Of a DNA stretch of 64,000 nt, positions 17,735-26,819 are shown piece by piece. The stretch covers positions 100 through 64,099 of the forward strand of contig CALXDU010000001.1 in NCBI GenBank assembly GCA_944387145.1, in the 5' to 3' direction. Each line of letters begins with the position of its first letter. Within the stretch, counting starts at the first letter, position 1. The position numbers and the translations under genes were made by a program. The notes beneath the pieces were generated by a model. It was not told where the DNA came from. It saw only the letters and a program-made list of their open reading frames with translations, and searched no databases. Source of the stretch: an uncultured Oscillospiraceae bacterium. Lineage in GTDB: Bacteria > Bacillota > Clostridia > Oscillospirales > Oscillospiraceae.

Positions 17735-18025
17735 ATGACGAAAAAACGCATACGATGGCTTCATCTATTCTTGGCAGTAGAGTGCATCTTCTGTCTGTTC
17801 CTTTTCTGCGTCCCACTACAGGTGTGTGGTCAGGATAGAATACCGGACATAGAAGAAACACAGAATCAGATTCTTCTCTGCAATTACCAGCCTGGGTCCG
17901 AAGCAAACGGAAAAAGCGACACCATTCTCCCTGGCATTTCCCGTCAGCAAATTACAACCGTCGGCGGTCTATTGGTTCTTTGCGCAGGCGGACTGATCCT
18001 CAGCAATCATAAGAAATGGATGTGA
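17735..18025 (+). CDS. Small hypothetical membrane protein
   Basis: GGAGG RBS; hydrophobic N- and C-terminal segments, basic tail. Confidence 0.55.
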   Translation: MTKKRIRWLHLFLAVECIFCLFLFCVPLQVCGQDRIPDIEETQNQILLCNYQPGSEANGKSDTILPGISRQQITTVGGLLVLCAGGLILSNHKKWM

Positions 18026-18031
18026 TGCTGC

Positions 18032-18367
18032 TTGAAACGAAAGAGGCAGTTGATATGGATTCTGTTTCTGATCGAAGTTGTGGGGTTTCTGTTTGGAGCA
18101 GGGAAGAGAATAGAATGGAAAGTCTTTTTCGAAAGCAGAAACTACCTAACAACAGTTCAGGAAGAAACCCTGAGCAACAAAAGACAGCCAAGTGAAGTAA
18201 GCCAAGAGTGGAACTTACAAAGAACATCACAGAGTCAGGTCAAGATGCAGACCACAACGCTTACCCAATCTCTTACAAAACTATTGATTCTATCCATTAC
18301 GCTTCCGCTGAGCACCGCTGGGCTGGTACTTACGGCATTAAATATTCGCAGGGACAGGAAAAGATAA
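18032..18367 (+). CDS. Small hypothetical membrane protein
   Basis: Follows the previous ORF; two hydrophobic segments, basic tail RRDRKR; terminator follows. Confidence 0.5.
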   Translation: MKRKRQLIWILFLIEVVGFLFGAGKRIEWKVFFESRNYLTTVQEETLSNKRQPSEVSQEWNLQRTSQSQVKMQTTTLTQSLTKLLILSITLPLSTAGLVLTALNIRRDRKR

Positions 18368-18370
18368 AGA

Positions 18371-18399
18371 AAAGAGGCTGGATGTGCTCCAGCCTCTTT
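18371..18399. terminator. Bidirectional terminator
   Basis: AAAGAGGCTGGA-TGTGC-TCCAGCCTCTTT. Confidence 0.78.
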
Positions 18400-18410
18400 A
18401 TTGGGTTTGG

Positions 18411-19769
18411 TTAATCCAGATCTACGTAATCCATGGAGATCCAGCCCTTGTCGATGTTGCCCCAGGTGGTATCGCCAACCGTGACTTCATACAGAATTGT
18501 GACACGATCACCGGAGTTCAAGCTGCCGACAGCGCCGTAGCCAGTGCCGGGACCGCTGCGGATATTCAGGTTGTCACCAGTGATGGTGCCTTCCTTATCG
18601 TTGCCGGTGCCGGAGCCATCTACATAGACATAGTCCATAGAGATCCAGCCGTTCTTGATGCAGCCCCAGGTGGTGCCGTTATAAGTAAACTGCTCCAGAA
18701 TATCGACCCGATCGCCGGCATTCAGACTGCCGACAGAACCATAGCCAGTGCCGGGACCACTGCGGACGTTCAATGCATTTCCGGTAACAATACCGCCGGT
18801 AGCCTTGGAACCCTTGGTGCCATCCTGATACACATAGTTCAGGCTGATCCAGCCATCTTTGGTACGGCCCCAGTCACCGCTCTTTTCCAGAATTTCCACA
18901 CGGTCACCAAAGGACAGGCTGCCAACCTTGGTACCCTCCGTGCTGGCGCTGCTGCGAATATTCAGTTCAGATGCGGTAACGATGCCCTTAAACTGTACTG
19001 TAGTGCTGCCGTTACCGGTTGTATTGCCGCCGGTATTTCCAGTATTGCCAGTGTTTCCGGTGCCAGTGCCGGTAGAGCTGCCGCTGGTATTGACGTACTC
19101 CATTTTAATCCAGCCCTTGTTGGTGCGGCCCCATCCATTCTTGGTTTCCAGAATGGTAACCACATCGCCCTTGTTATAAGAGCCCTGAATCGTACCATTG
19201 GTGCTGGCTTCGCTGCGGATACGCAATTCGCTTGCGGTAATCACACCCTTGATGTTGGTGGTATTGTTATTGGTAGTGGTATTGCCGCTGCTGCCAGTGG
19301 GTTCCGTGGTAGCAGGAGGCGTAGTCTCGCCGCCGGCAGGGGTGCTGGTATCGCTGCCTTCATTGCCGTCAGTGGGAATGTCCATCTTCACATATTCCAT
19401 AACGATCCATCCGGCTTGGGGAGAGATGATGTACGCCCAGTTAATACCAACCAGTTCTTCCCGACGGCTGATTTCTACTCTGTCACCGGGGTTCAGGGTA
19501 CCAACAACATTGGCTTCCGTGCTGGGTGAACTGCGGATGTTAATCTGGCTGATGACAGTGGCAGTATTTTCATTAATCTCGGCTGCCTCTGTAGTAGGGG
19601 GAGTCGTTGACTGTGTAGTAGAGGAAGGGGTGGTTTCCAAGTCCAGTTTCGGCGCCTCCGTGGTTTCATCAGGTGAACCCAGGCAGCCGGTGAACAGTGT
19701 AGACACCAGGCAAAGCACCAGGATCAGACTCAGCAGTTTGCTGAGTGAATGATATTTGGAGAAATTCAT
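18411..19769 (-). CDS. Lipoprotein with five SH3b domains
   Basis: Lipobox FTGC; five repeats of LNxRSxxxT..G....GDxV.I....W....GWI...YV separated by T/G/N-rich linkers. Confidence 0.9.
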   Translation of the reverse strand: MNFSKYHSLSKLLSLILVLCLVSTLFTGCLGSPDETTEAPKLDLETTPSSTTQSTTPPTTEAAEINENTATVISQINIRSSPSTEANVVGTLNPGDRVEISRREELVGINWAYIISPQAGWIVMEYVKMDIPTDGNEGSDTSTPAGGETTPPATTEPTGSSGNTTTNNNTTNIKGVITASELRIRSEASTNGTIQGSYNKGDVVTILETKNGWGRTNKGWIKMEYVNTSGSSTGTGTGNTGNTGNTGGNTTGNGSTTVQFKGIVTASELNIRSSASTEGTKVGSLSFGDRVEILEKSGDWGRTKDGWISLNYVYQDGTKGSKATGGIVTGNALNVRSGPGTGYGSVGSLNAGDRVDILEQFTYNGTTWGCIKNGWISMDYVYVDGSGTGNDKEGTITGDNLNIRSGPGTGYGAVGSLNSGDRVTILYEVTVGDTTWGNIDKGWISMDYVDLD

Positions 19770-19804
19770 GGTGTTACCTCACTTTCGTCTCATTTCTCAC
19801 ATGT

Positions 19805-19833
19805 ATTATAGCGGCAAGGGGGGGCGGTTGTCA
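19805..19833 (-). promoter_or_regulatory. Consensus sigmaA promoter for the SH3 lipoprotein
   Basis: Minus-strand TTGACA-17-TATAAT. Confidence 0.82.
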
Positions 19834-19940
19834 ATAGTGTAAGAATTTCTTAATAAATTTCCAAGGAAGATAGTGGAAATTCTACGGTAAATGCTTGACA
19901 AATCATGGAAATTGATGATAAAATAGCCGGGAAATTGAAT

Positions 19941-20136
19941 ATCGCGATGAACGGAAAGAGTAGCGCAGTCAGCGCCATAGAGAGCCTGGGTCACCGGCTG
20001 AAAGCCTGGGTGGATGTCGTCTGCGGGAAAGTGCGTCCGGGAGCGAACAAAGCGATCCAAAGTGATAAATGAGAGTGGAACCGCGGACTTGCCCCGCCTC
20101 TTGTACATAGATTGTGCAAGGGGTCTTTATTTTTTT
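19941..20136 (+). ncRNA. T-box riboswitch, cysteine specifier
   Basis: Stem I with AGTA/GAA motif; specifier TGC at 20032-20034; T-box AGTGGAACCGCG (UGGA fits the U73 of tRNA-Cys); terminator with T-run; upstream of cysS. Confidence 0.9.
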
Positions 20137-20156
20137 AATGATTTGGAGGAAATACT

Positions 20157-21572
20157 ATGTATCTTTATAACTCACTGTCTCATAAAAAGGAGCTGTTTGT
20201 GCCCAATGATCCCAACCTGGTAAAAATGTACACCTGTGGTCCTACAGTGTACCACTATGCCCACATCGGCAACCTGCGTACTTATATTATGGAGGATGTG
20301 CTGGAAAAATCACTGCGGTATCTGGGTTATCCTGTCAAGCGGGTCATGAATATTACGGACGTAGGCCACCTGGCATCCGATGCGGATACCGGCGAAGACA
20401 AAATGGTCAAGGGCGCCAAGCGGGAAAATAAAACCGTCATGGAGATTGCAAAATATTATACCGATGCCTTCTTTGCTGATTGCGACAAGCTGAATATCAA
20501 GCGCCCCGATGTGGTAGAGCCAGCTACCAACTGCATTGATAACTATATCCACATGGTGCAGACCCTGCTGGAGAAGGGAAAGGCATATATTGCCGGAGGA
20601 AATGTCTATTTCGATACCTCCACACTGGAAAAATATTATGTTTTTAACGACCATGATGAAGAAGACCTGGCAGTCGGTGTCCGGGAAGGCGTGGAAGAGG
20701 ACACCAACAAAAAGAATAAAAATGACTTTGTCCTTTGGTTCACCAAATCCAAATTTGAAGACCAGGCCCTGAAGTGGGACTCTCCCTGGGGTGTGGGCTA
20801 TCCTGGCTGGCACATTGAATGCTCCTGCATTTCCATGAAACACCTGGGGGAAGACCTGGATATTCACGCCGGCGGCATTGACAATGCATTCCCTCATCAC
20901 ACCAACGAGATTGCCCAGTCGGAAAGCTATTTGGGCCATAAGTGGTGCAACTACTGGTTCCATGTCCACCATCTGAATACTGATACCGGTAAAATGAGCA
21001 AATCCAAGGGAGAATTCCTGACAGTTTCCTTGTTGGAGCAGAAAGGCTATGATCCCATGGTCTACCGCCTGTTCTGCCTGCAGAGTCACTACCGCCGGAA
21101 TCTGGTCTTCTCCTGGGAGAACCTGGACAATGCTGTGGTGGCCTATGAGAAACTGATCGCCCGGATTGCATCGCTGAAAGATGGGGGAGAAGTGGACAAA
21201 GAGGCATTTGACCAGCTGAAACAGCGGTTTGTGAATGCCCTAAACGGCGACCTGAATACTTCTGTAGCGGTCACTTCTTTGTACGATGTATTGAAGGCAA
21301 AGTGCAGCGATGCCACCAAACTGGCACTCCTGGCAGATTTTGACCAAGTGCTGTCCCTGAACTTGCTGAGTGCTGCTGAGAAATATCGGGAAAAGCAGAA
21401 CCAACAGGCCCAGGACAGCGCTGACCCGGAGATTGATGCTCTGGTGGTAGCCCGTACGGAAGCAAAAAAGGCGAAGAACTTTGCAGAAGCCGACCGGATT
21501 CGGGACGAATTGAAAGCCCAGGGCATTGAAATCATTGATACTCCCCAGGGCAGCAAGTGGAGAAGAGTATGA
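20157..21572 (+). CDS. cysS: Cysteine--tRNA ligase
   Basis: CGPTVY, HIGN, GWHIECS, KMSKS. Confidence 0.98.
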   Translation: MYLYNSLSHKKELFVPNDPNLVKMYTCGPTVYHYAHIGNLRTYIMEDVLEKSLRYLGYPVKRVMNITDVGHLASDADTGEDKMVKGAKRENKTVMEIAKYYTDAFFADCDKLNIKRPDVVEPATNCIDNYIHMVQTLLEKGKAYIAGGNVYFDTSTLEKYYVFNDHDEEDLAVGVREGVEEDTNKKNKNDFVLWFTKSKFEDQALKWDSPWGVGYPGWHIECSCISMKHLGEDLDIHAGGIDNAFPHHTNEIAQSESYLGHKWCNYWFHVHHLNTDTGKMSKSKGEFLTVSLLEQKGYDPMVYRLFCLQSHYRRNLVFSWENLDNAVVAYEKLIARIASLKDGGEVDKEAFDQLKQRFVNALNGDLNTSVAVTSLYDVLKAKCSDATKLALLADFDQVLSLNLLSAAEKYREKQNQQAQDSADPEIDALVVARTEAKKAKNFAEADRIRDELKAQGIEIIDTPQGSKWRRV

Positions 21573-24097
21573 AGCTGCTGATTTTAGACGGCAACAGCGT
21601 GATTAACCGGGCCTTCTTTGGTGTAAAGCCCTTGACTACCCGTGACGGTCTTTACACCCATGCTATTTATGGCTTCCTCAATATTTTGGAACGGATGGAC
21701 AAGGAGGAGCAGCCCGAGGCCATTTGCGTGGCCTTTGACCTCCACGGCCCTACCTTCCGGCATGAAAAGTACGACGGCTATAAAGCAAACCGCCATGGCA
21801 TGCCGGAAGAGCTGGCCATGCAGATGCCCGTCATGAAGGACGTACTGCGGGCGATGAATATCCCCATCTACGAATGTCAGGGCTGGGAAGCTGACGACGT
21901 GATCGGAACAGTGGGAAAAATTTGCTCCCAGCAGGGGTGGGAGTGCGTCATTGCTACCGGCGACCGGGATTCCCTGCAGCTGATTGATGAGCACGTCCAT
22001 GTAAAGCTGGTCATTTCCAAACCGGGCAATACCACCGCTTCGCTGTATACCGAGGAAAAGTTCCGGGAGGAGTACGGTTTTGAGCCGAAAAAACTGATTG
22101 ATTTGAAGGCACTGATGGGAGATTCCTCTGACAACATCCCGGGTGTTGCCGGTGTCGGCCCGAAAACGGCAACGGATTTGCTGCTGAAATTCGGCAGCCT
22201 GGATGGGGTTTATGCCCACCTGGATGATCCTGGCATCCGCCCGAAACTGCGGGAAAAACTGGAGGCAGGAAAGGAAAATGCCTACCTTTCCTTTGACCTG
22301 GCCACCATCCGTCCGGAAGCTCCCATAACCTTCTCACCTTTGGATGCCATTGTCCAGCCATATAACCGGGCGGAGCTGTATGCCCTGTTTCAGAAACTGG
22401 AATTTGTGCGGCTCATTGATAAATACGGCTTACGGGGTGCGGAACTGGAAACCGCAAAACCGGAAGTGAAGCAAAATGTTCTTCCTCGGGTTGATGGGAT
22501 GCCCGAGAGTGTCAAATCCTGTGCGGTTTACCTTGCGCCGGATGGCAGTGTTGGCTTTGCCTGGGAAAGTGGTGTCTGGGCGCTCACGCCTATGGAAGTG
22601 CAGATGCATCCGATTTCTCTGGTAGGGAAAGACTTGATTCTTCACGACAGCAAGGATGCTTACCACCGACTGGACAGCCTGGGAATTTCCTGGGACCGCT
22701 GCGTTTTTGATACGGCTTTGGCAGCTTATGATCTGAACCCTTCTCAGTCGGATTACCCGGTATCCAAACTGACGGTTAACTTCCTGGGCCAGAGCGTGGA
22801 GGATGGAGATGCTGTCGGATGCGCCGAAGCGCTTTGGAATCTGCGCCCGGTTTTGGAAGCGGAACTGGAAAAGAATACCATGCAGCAGCTGTATCAGCAG
22901 ATCGAGCTTCCTCTGTGTACGGTACTTTACCGGATGGAAAAGCGGGGGATCTGTGTAGACCGGAGCAAGCTGGAGCAGTTCGGCCAGATGCTGGCTCAGC
23001 GGATTTCGGACTGCGAAACCCTGATTTATTCCTATTCCGATACGAAGTTCAATATCAATTCCACCAAACAGCTGGGTGAACTGCTGTTTGAAAAGCTGGG
23101 ACTGCCGCCGGTGAAGAAAACCAAAACCGGCTACTCTACCAATGTGGAAGTCCTGGAGAAACTGAAAAATCAGCATCCCATTATCCCAGCGATTATGGAC
23201 TATCGGATGCTGACGAAATTGAAGTCCACCTACGCCGACGGGCTGATTAAGGAAATCCGGGATGACGGACGGGTGCACACCACCTTCCAGAATCTGGTAA
23301 CCGCTACCGGCCGCCTGTCCTCTACGGAACCGAATCTGCAGAATATTCCCGTGCGGACAGATTTGGGAGCGGAGATCCGCAAAATGTTTGTGCCCAAGCC
23401 TGGATGCGTCCTGGTGGATGCGGACTACAGCCAGATTGAACTGCGGGTGCTTGCACATATTGCTGACGATGCAACCATGCAGGAATCCTTCCGCAATGGT
23501 ACGGATGTCCACGCTGCCACAGCAGCCCAGGTATTTGGTGTGCCGGTGGAAAGCGTTACACCGCTGCAGCGCCGTCATGCCAAAGCGGTCAACTTCGGCA
23601 TTGTGTATGGCATCAGTGAGTTCTCTTTGGCGGAGGACATCGGTGTCAGCCGCTACGAGGCCAAGCGCTATATTGACAGCTACTTGGATCACTACAGTGG
23701 CGTTCGCACCTATATGAAATCGGTTGTGGAAGATGCCAAGAAGCGCGGCTATACCGAAACCCTGTACCATCGCAGACGCTATATTCCGGAACTGACCAGC
23801 AGCAATTTTAATGTGCGCAGCGGTGCAGAGCGCATTGCGCTGAATACCCCCATCCAGGGAACGGCAGCGGACATTATCAAGCTGGCCATGATCCGTGTGG
23901 AACAGGCACTGGAAGAACATTATCCGGAGGCAAAACTGCTTTTGCAAGTCCATGACGAATTGATTGTGGAATGTCCGGAAGAGCTGGCGCAGCCCGTTTC
24001 CCAACTGGTCAGCCGGGAAATGGAAACCGTTGCCAAGCTGGAAGTACCCTTGACAGCGGAAGCCAAATCTGGAAAGAGCTGGTACGACGCAAAATGA
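21569..24097 (+). CDS. polA: DNA polymerase I
   Basis: 5'-3' exonuclease (LDGNS, EADD, GDRD, GDSSDNIPGV) and family A motifs (DYSQIELR, KAVNFGIVYG, QVHDEL); ATGA overlap with cysS. Confidence 0.98.
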   Translation: MKLLILDGNSVINRAFFGVKPLTTRDGLYTHAIYGFLNILERMDKEEQPEAICVAFDLHGPTFRHEKYDGYKANRHGMPEELAMQMPVMKDVLRAMNIPIYECQGWEADDVIGTVGKICSQQGWECVIATGDRDSLQLIDEHVHVKLVISKPGNTTASLYTEEKFREEYGFEPKKLIDLKALMGDSSDNIPGVAGVGPKTATDLLLKFGSLDGVYAHLDDPGIRPKLREKLEAGKENAYLSFDLATIRPEAPITFSPLDAIVQPYNRAELYALFQKLEFVRLIDKYGLRGAELETAKPEVKQNVLPRVDGMPESVKSCAVYLAPDGSVGFAWESGVWALTPMEVQMHPISLVGKDLILHDSKDAYHRLDSLGISWDRCVFDTALAAYDLNPSQSDYPVSKLTVNFLGQSVEDGDAVGCAEALWNLRPVLEAELEKNTMQQLYQQIELPLCTVLYRMEKRGICVDRSKLEQFGQMLAQRISDCETLIYSYSDTKFNINSTKQLGELLFEKLGLPPVKKTKTGYSTNVEVLEKLKNQHPIIPAIMDYRMLTKLKSTYADGLIKEIRDDGRVHTTFQNLVTATGRLSSTEPNLQNIPVRTDLGAEIRKMFVPKPGCVLVDADYSQIELRVLAHIADDATMQESFRNGTDVHAATAAQVFGVPVESVTPLQRRHAKAVNFGIVYGISEFSLAEDIGVSRYEAKRYIDSYLDHYSGVRTYMKSVVEDAKKRGYTETLYHRRRYIPELTSSNFNVRSGAERIALNTPIQGTAADIIKLAMIRVEQALEEHYPEAKLLLQVHDELIVECPEELAQPVSQLVSREMETVAKLEVPLTAEAKSGKSWYDAK

Positions 24098-24534
24098 GAA
24101 TCGTTATGATGGAATCATGCCACGTTCCCCAGGTGGCGGCTTTGGAGAAGCTCTGCTTTTCTGATCCCTGGAGCGAAAACAGCGTGGCATCGGAATTGAA
24201 AAACGAACTGTCCTGCTGGCTGGTGGCCTTGGATGGGGACACAGTTGCCGGATATGTGGGCTCTCAGACGGTTCTGGGAGAGACGGATATGATGAATTTG
24301 GCAGTCTCCCCAGAATACCGACGCAAAGGAATTGCCAAAGCTCTGGTCAATGCCCTGGTAGAGCAGCTGAAACAGCGGGAAAGTCACTGCCTGACATTGG
24401 AAGTCCGTCTTTCCAATGAACCTGCCAGGACTCTGTATGAATCTTTGGGATTCGTCCAGATTGGCAGACGCCCAGGGTATTATCATAACCCCAAAGAGGA
24501 TGGATTGATCCTGCGAAAGGAGTGGGAAATTTGA
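24094..24534 (+). CDS. rimI: Ribosomal-protein-alanine N-acetyltransferase (GNAT)
   Basis: NLAVSPEYRRKGIA, LEVRLSN, YYHNPKEDG; upstream of tsaD. Confidence 0.9.
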   Translation: MRIVMMESCHVPQVAALEKLCFSDPWSENSVASELKNELSCWLVALDGDTVAGYVGSQTVLGETDMMNLAVSPEYRRKGIAKALVNALVEQLKQRESHCLTLEVRLSNEPARTLYESLGFVQIGRRPGYYHNPKEDGLILRKEWEI

Positions 24535-25547
24535 ATATTCTGGCTGTGGAATCCTCTTGTGATGAAACTGCGGTAGCCATTGTCAAAGATGGCAGGGAGG
24601 TCTTGTGCGACTGCATTGCCTCTCAGGTAGATCTGCATCGGATTTACGGTGGCGTGGTGCCGGAGATTGCATCCCGGAAGCACATGGAGGCAATTTACGG
24701 TCTGGCTGACCAGGCGCTGGAGCAAACCGGACTGAGCCGGGAACAGATCGATGCCGTTGCGGTCACCTATGCACCGGGACTGATTGGCGCTGTGCTGGTG
24801 GGCGTGAATTTTGCCAAGGCCGCCGCACTGGCCATGGGAAAGCCGCTGATTCCGGTACACCATATCCGCGGACACATTGCTGCCAACTATCTTGCCTACC
24901 CACAACTGGAGCCGCCGTTTTTGTGCCTGGTGGTTTCCGGAGGACACACCATGCTGGTGGAGGTCCAGGACTATACCAAAATGAACATCCTGGGAACGAC
25001 CCTGGACGATGCCGCAGGAGAGTGTTTTGACAAGGTGGCCCGAGTATTGGGAATGCCGTATCCCGGCGGTGCTGCTCTGGATAAGATGGCACGGCAGGGA
25101 CATCCGGAAAAGTATGCTCTGCCTCGGAGCAAACCTGGAGAAAATCCCTATAATATGAGTTTTTCCGGTCTGAAAACTGCGGCTCTGAACCTGATTCACC
25201 ACGCCCAGCAGGTCGGGGAAGAACTGGACGTACCCAGTTTGTGCGCTTCTTTTTCACAAGCGGTGTCGGACACCCTGGTGCCCCGGGTGGTCATGGCGCT
25301 GGAACAGACTGGCTATCGCAAAATTGCGGTAGCCGGCGGTGTGGCTGCCAATTCCCGTATCCGGGAAGATGTGCTTGCTGCCGCAAAAAAATTGGGAGCG
25401 GAAGTGTACATGCCGCCGATGAGCCTGTGCGGCGACAACGGCGCCATGATTGGCGCTCAGGCATACTACGAATATCTGGCTGGCAATGTCGCAGATATGA
25501 GCCTGAATGCCTATGCTACTAAGTCGATTTTGGGTGAAGCATTATAA
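24531..25547 (+). CDS. tsaD: tRNA N6-threonylcarbamoyltransferase
   Basis: ESSCDET, GGVVPEIASRKH, HHIRGH, SGGHT, DDAAGE, DNGAMI; TTG start overlapping the rimI stop. Confidence 0.97.
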   Translation: MNILAVESSCDETAVAIVKDGREVLCDCIASQVDLHRIYGGVVPEIASRKHMEAIYGLADQALEQTGLSREQIDAVAVTYAPGLIGAVLVGVNFAKAAALAMGKPLIPVHHIRGHIAANYLAYPQLEPPFLCLVVSGGHTMLVEVQDYTKMNILGTTLDDAAGECFDKVARVLGMPYPGGAALDKMARQGHPEKYALPRSKPGENPYNMSFSGLKTAALNLIHHAQQVGEELDVPSLCASFSQAVSDTLVPRVVMALEQTGYRKIAVAGGVAANSRIREDVLAAAKKLGAEVYMPPMSLCGDNGAMIGAQAYYEYLAGNVADMSLNAYATKSILGEAL

Positions 25548-25549
25548 GA

Positions 25550-25582
25550 AAAAGTGAGGACAGGTCCGTGTCCTCACTTTTT
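25550..25582 (+). terminator. Intrinsic terminator
   Basis: AAAAGTGAGGAC..GTCCTCACTTTTT. Confidence 0.82.
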
Positions 25583-25707
25583 GTATATTGTATGAATGAA
25601 TATTGAACTGAATATGTTCTATTTGTGGTATCAGGTCTAAAAAGTTGCAAAATTGTTAAATAAATATGTATTTTCCGAATCAATATAAATTTCTATACCG
25701 GAAAACC

Positions 25708-25737
25708 TGTGGAAAAGCCTGTGGAAACTGTGTATAA
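25708..25737 (-). promoter_or_regulatory. Cluster of three tandem DnaA-box-like 9-mers beside an AT-rich tract
   Basis: TGTGGAAAA (25708), TGTGGAAAC (25720) and TGTGTATAA (25729), versus consensus TGTG(G/T)ATAA. Confidence 0.6.
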
Positions 25738-25786
25738 CATTCTGTATATACAGCGGGGGAGCCTCGAAAACCGTCGAATCAGGAAC

Positions 25787-26746
25787 TTATAAATTCACCA
25801 CATTCTGGGGCGCTCCTGCCAGGAAGCAGCGAATATTCTCCACAACGCAGTCCAGCAGCCGCTGGCGACTTTCCACCGGTGCCCAGGCGATGTGGGGGGT
25901 AATGATGCATTTTTCACAGTTCAGCAGGGGATTGTCAGAGTGCATCGGCTCCTGGGAAACAACATCCACAGCAGCGCCCCGGAGTTTTCCGGAATCCAAA
26001 GCCCGAACAAGCGCGGCCTCATCGATCAGTCCACCCCGGGAGGTATTGATCAGCATGGCGCCATCTTTCATTTTGGCCAGAGTATCGGCGTTGATGATTT
26101 TCTCCGTTGCGGGGAACAAGGGACAGTGCAGGGAAACAATATCACTGCGGCGCAGCAGGGTATCCAGATCTACATATTCTGCAATTTCCCGCCCGGCATC
26201 CGTTTCGCTGCGGCTGTATGCCAGCACCTGCATGCCAAAGGCTTTTGCCAGCTGTCCCACAGCCCGTCCAATCCGGCCAAAGCCTACAATGCCGATGGTT
26301 TTTCCAGCCAGTTCTGTCTGGGGGGTCAGCCAGTAGCAGAAGGTGCTGCTTTTGACCCAATCTCCCTGGCGAACCGACTGGTTGTGCAGTCCGATTTGAT
26401 GACACAGCTCCAGAATCAGAGCAATGGTAAATTGGGCAACAGCGGCAGTGCCGTAGGAAGGGACATTGGTCACAGGAATTCCCCGCTTAGCGCAGGCTTC
26501 GCAGTCGATGACATTGTACCCTGTGGCCTGGACGCAGATCAGCTTGATATTGGGACAGGCGGACAAAATCTTTTCCGTAATTGGAACTTTGTTCACTACC
26601 ACAATCTCACTGTCACCGATTCGCTCAATGGCTTCTTCTTCGGTGTCTGTCCGCTGGTACAGTGTCATTTCCCCAAATTGGCGGATGCAGTCGTAGGACA
26701 GATCGCCGGGATTCAAAGCGTTTCCATCAAGAATGACAATTTTCAT
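25787..26746 (-). CDS. D-2-hydroxyacid dehydrogenase (glycerate dehydrogenase-like)
   Basis: MKIVILDG, ATGYN, GIVGFGRIG, LHCPL, INTSRG, AAVDV, TPHIAW. Confidence 0.92.
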   Translation of the reverse strand: MKIVILDGNALNPGDLSYDCIRQFGEMTLYQRTDTEEEAIERIGDSEIVVVNKVPITEKILSACPNIKLICVQATGYNVIDCEACAKRGIPVTNVPSYGTAAVAQFTIALILELCHQIGLHNQSVRQGDWVKSSTFCYWLTPQTELAGKTIGIVGFGRIGRAVGQLAKAFGMQVLAYSRSETDAGREIAEYVDLDTLLRRSDIVSLHCPLFPATEKIINADTLAKMKDGAMLINTSRGGLIDEAALVRALDSGKLRGAAVDVVSQEPMHSDNPLLNCEKCIITPHIAWAPVESRQRLLDCVVENIRCFLAGAPQNVVNL

Positions 26747-26819
26747 GGGAATTCCTCCAATCACTTGCATTATGCATCTATTTTTGTTAGGATGAAAGAA
26801 AAAACTGTGTGAGGTATGT

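Noticed and set aside
19818-19823. G6 tract in the SH3-lipoprotein promoter spacer as a phase-variation switch
   Set aside because: Too short to be a credible slippage tract.
22430-24004. 524-aa minus-strand ORF
   Set aside because: Antisense shadow of polA.
21569-24097. PolA with degenerate 3'-5' exonuclease region
   Set aside because: Loss of proofreading in PolA is common in Firmicutes; not novel.
25583-25753. Chromosomal origin (oriC)
   Set aside because: No dnaA/dnaN adjacent, no DnaA-trio run and no switch in gene orientation; kept only as a DnaA-box cluster.
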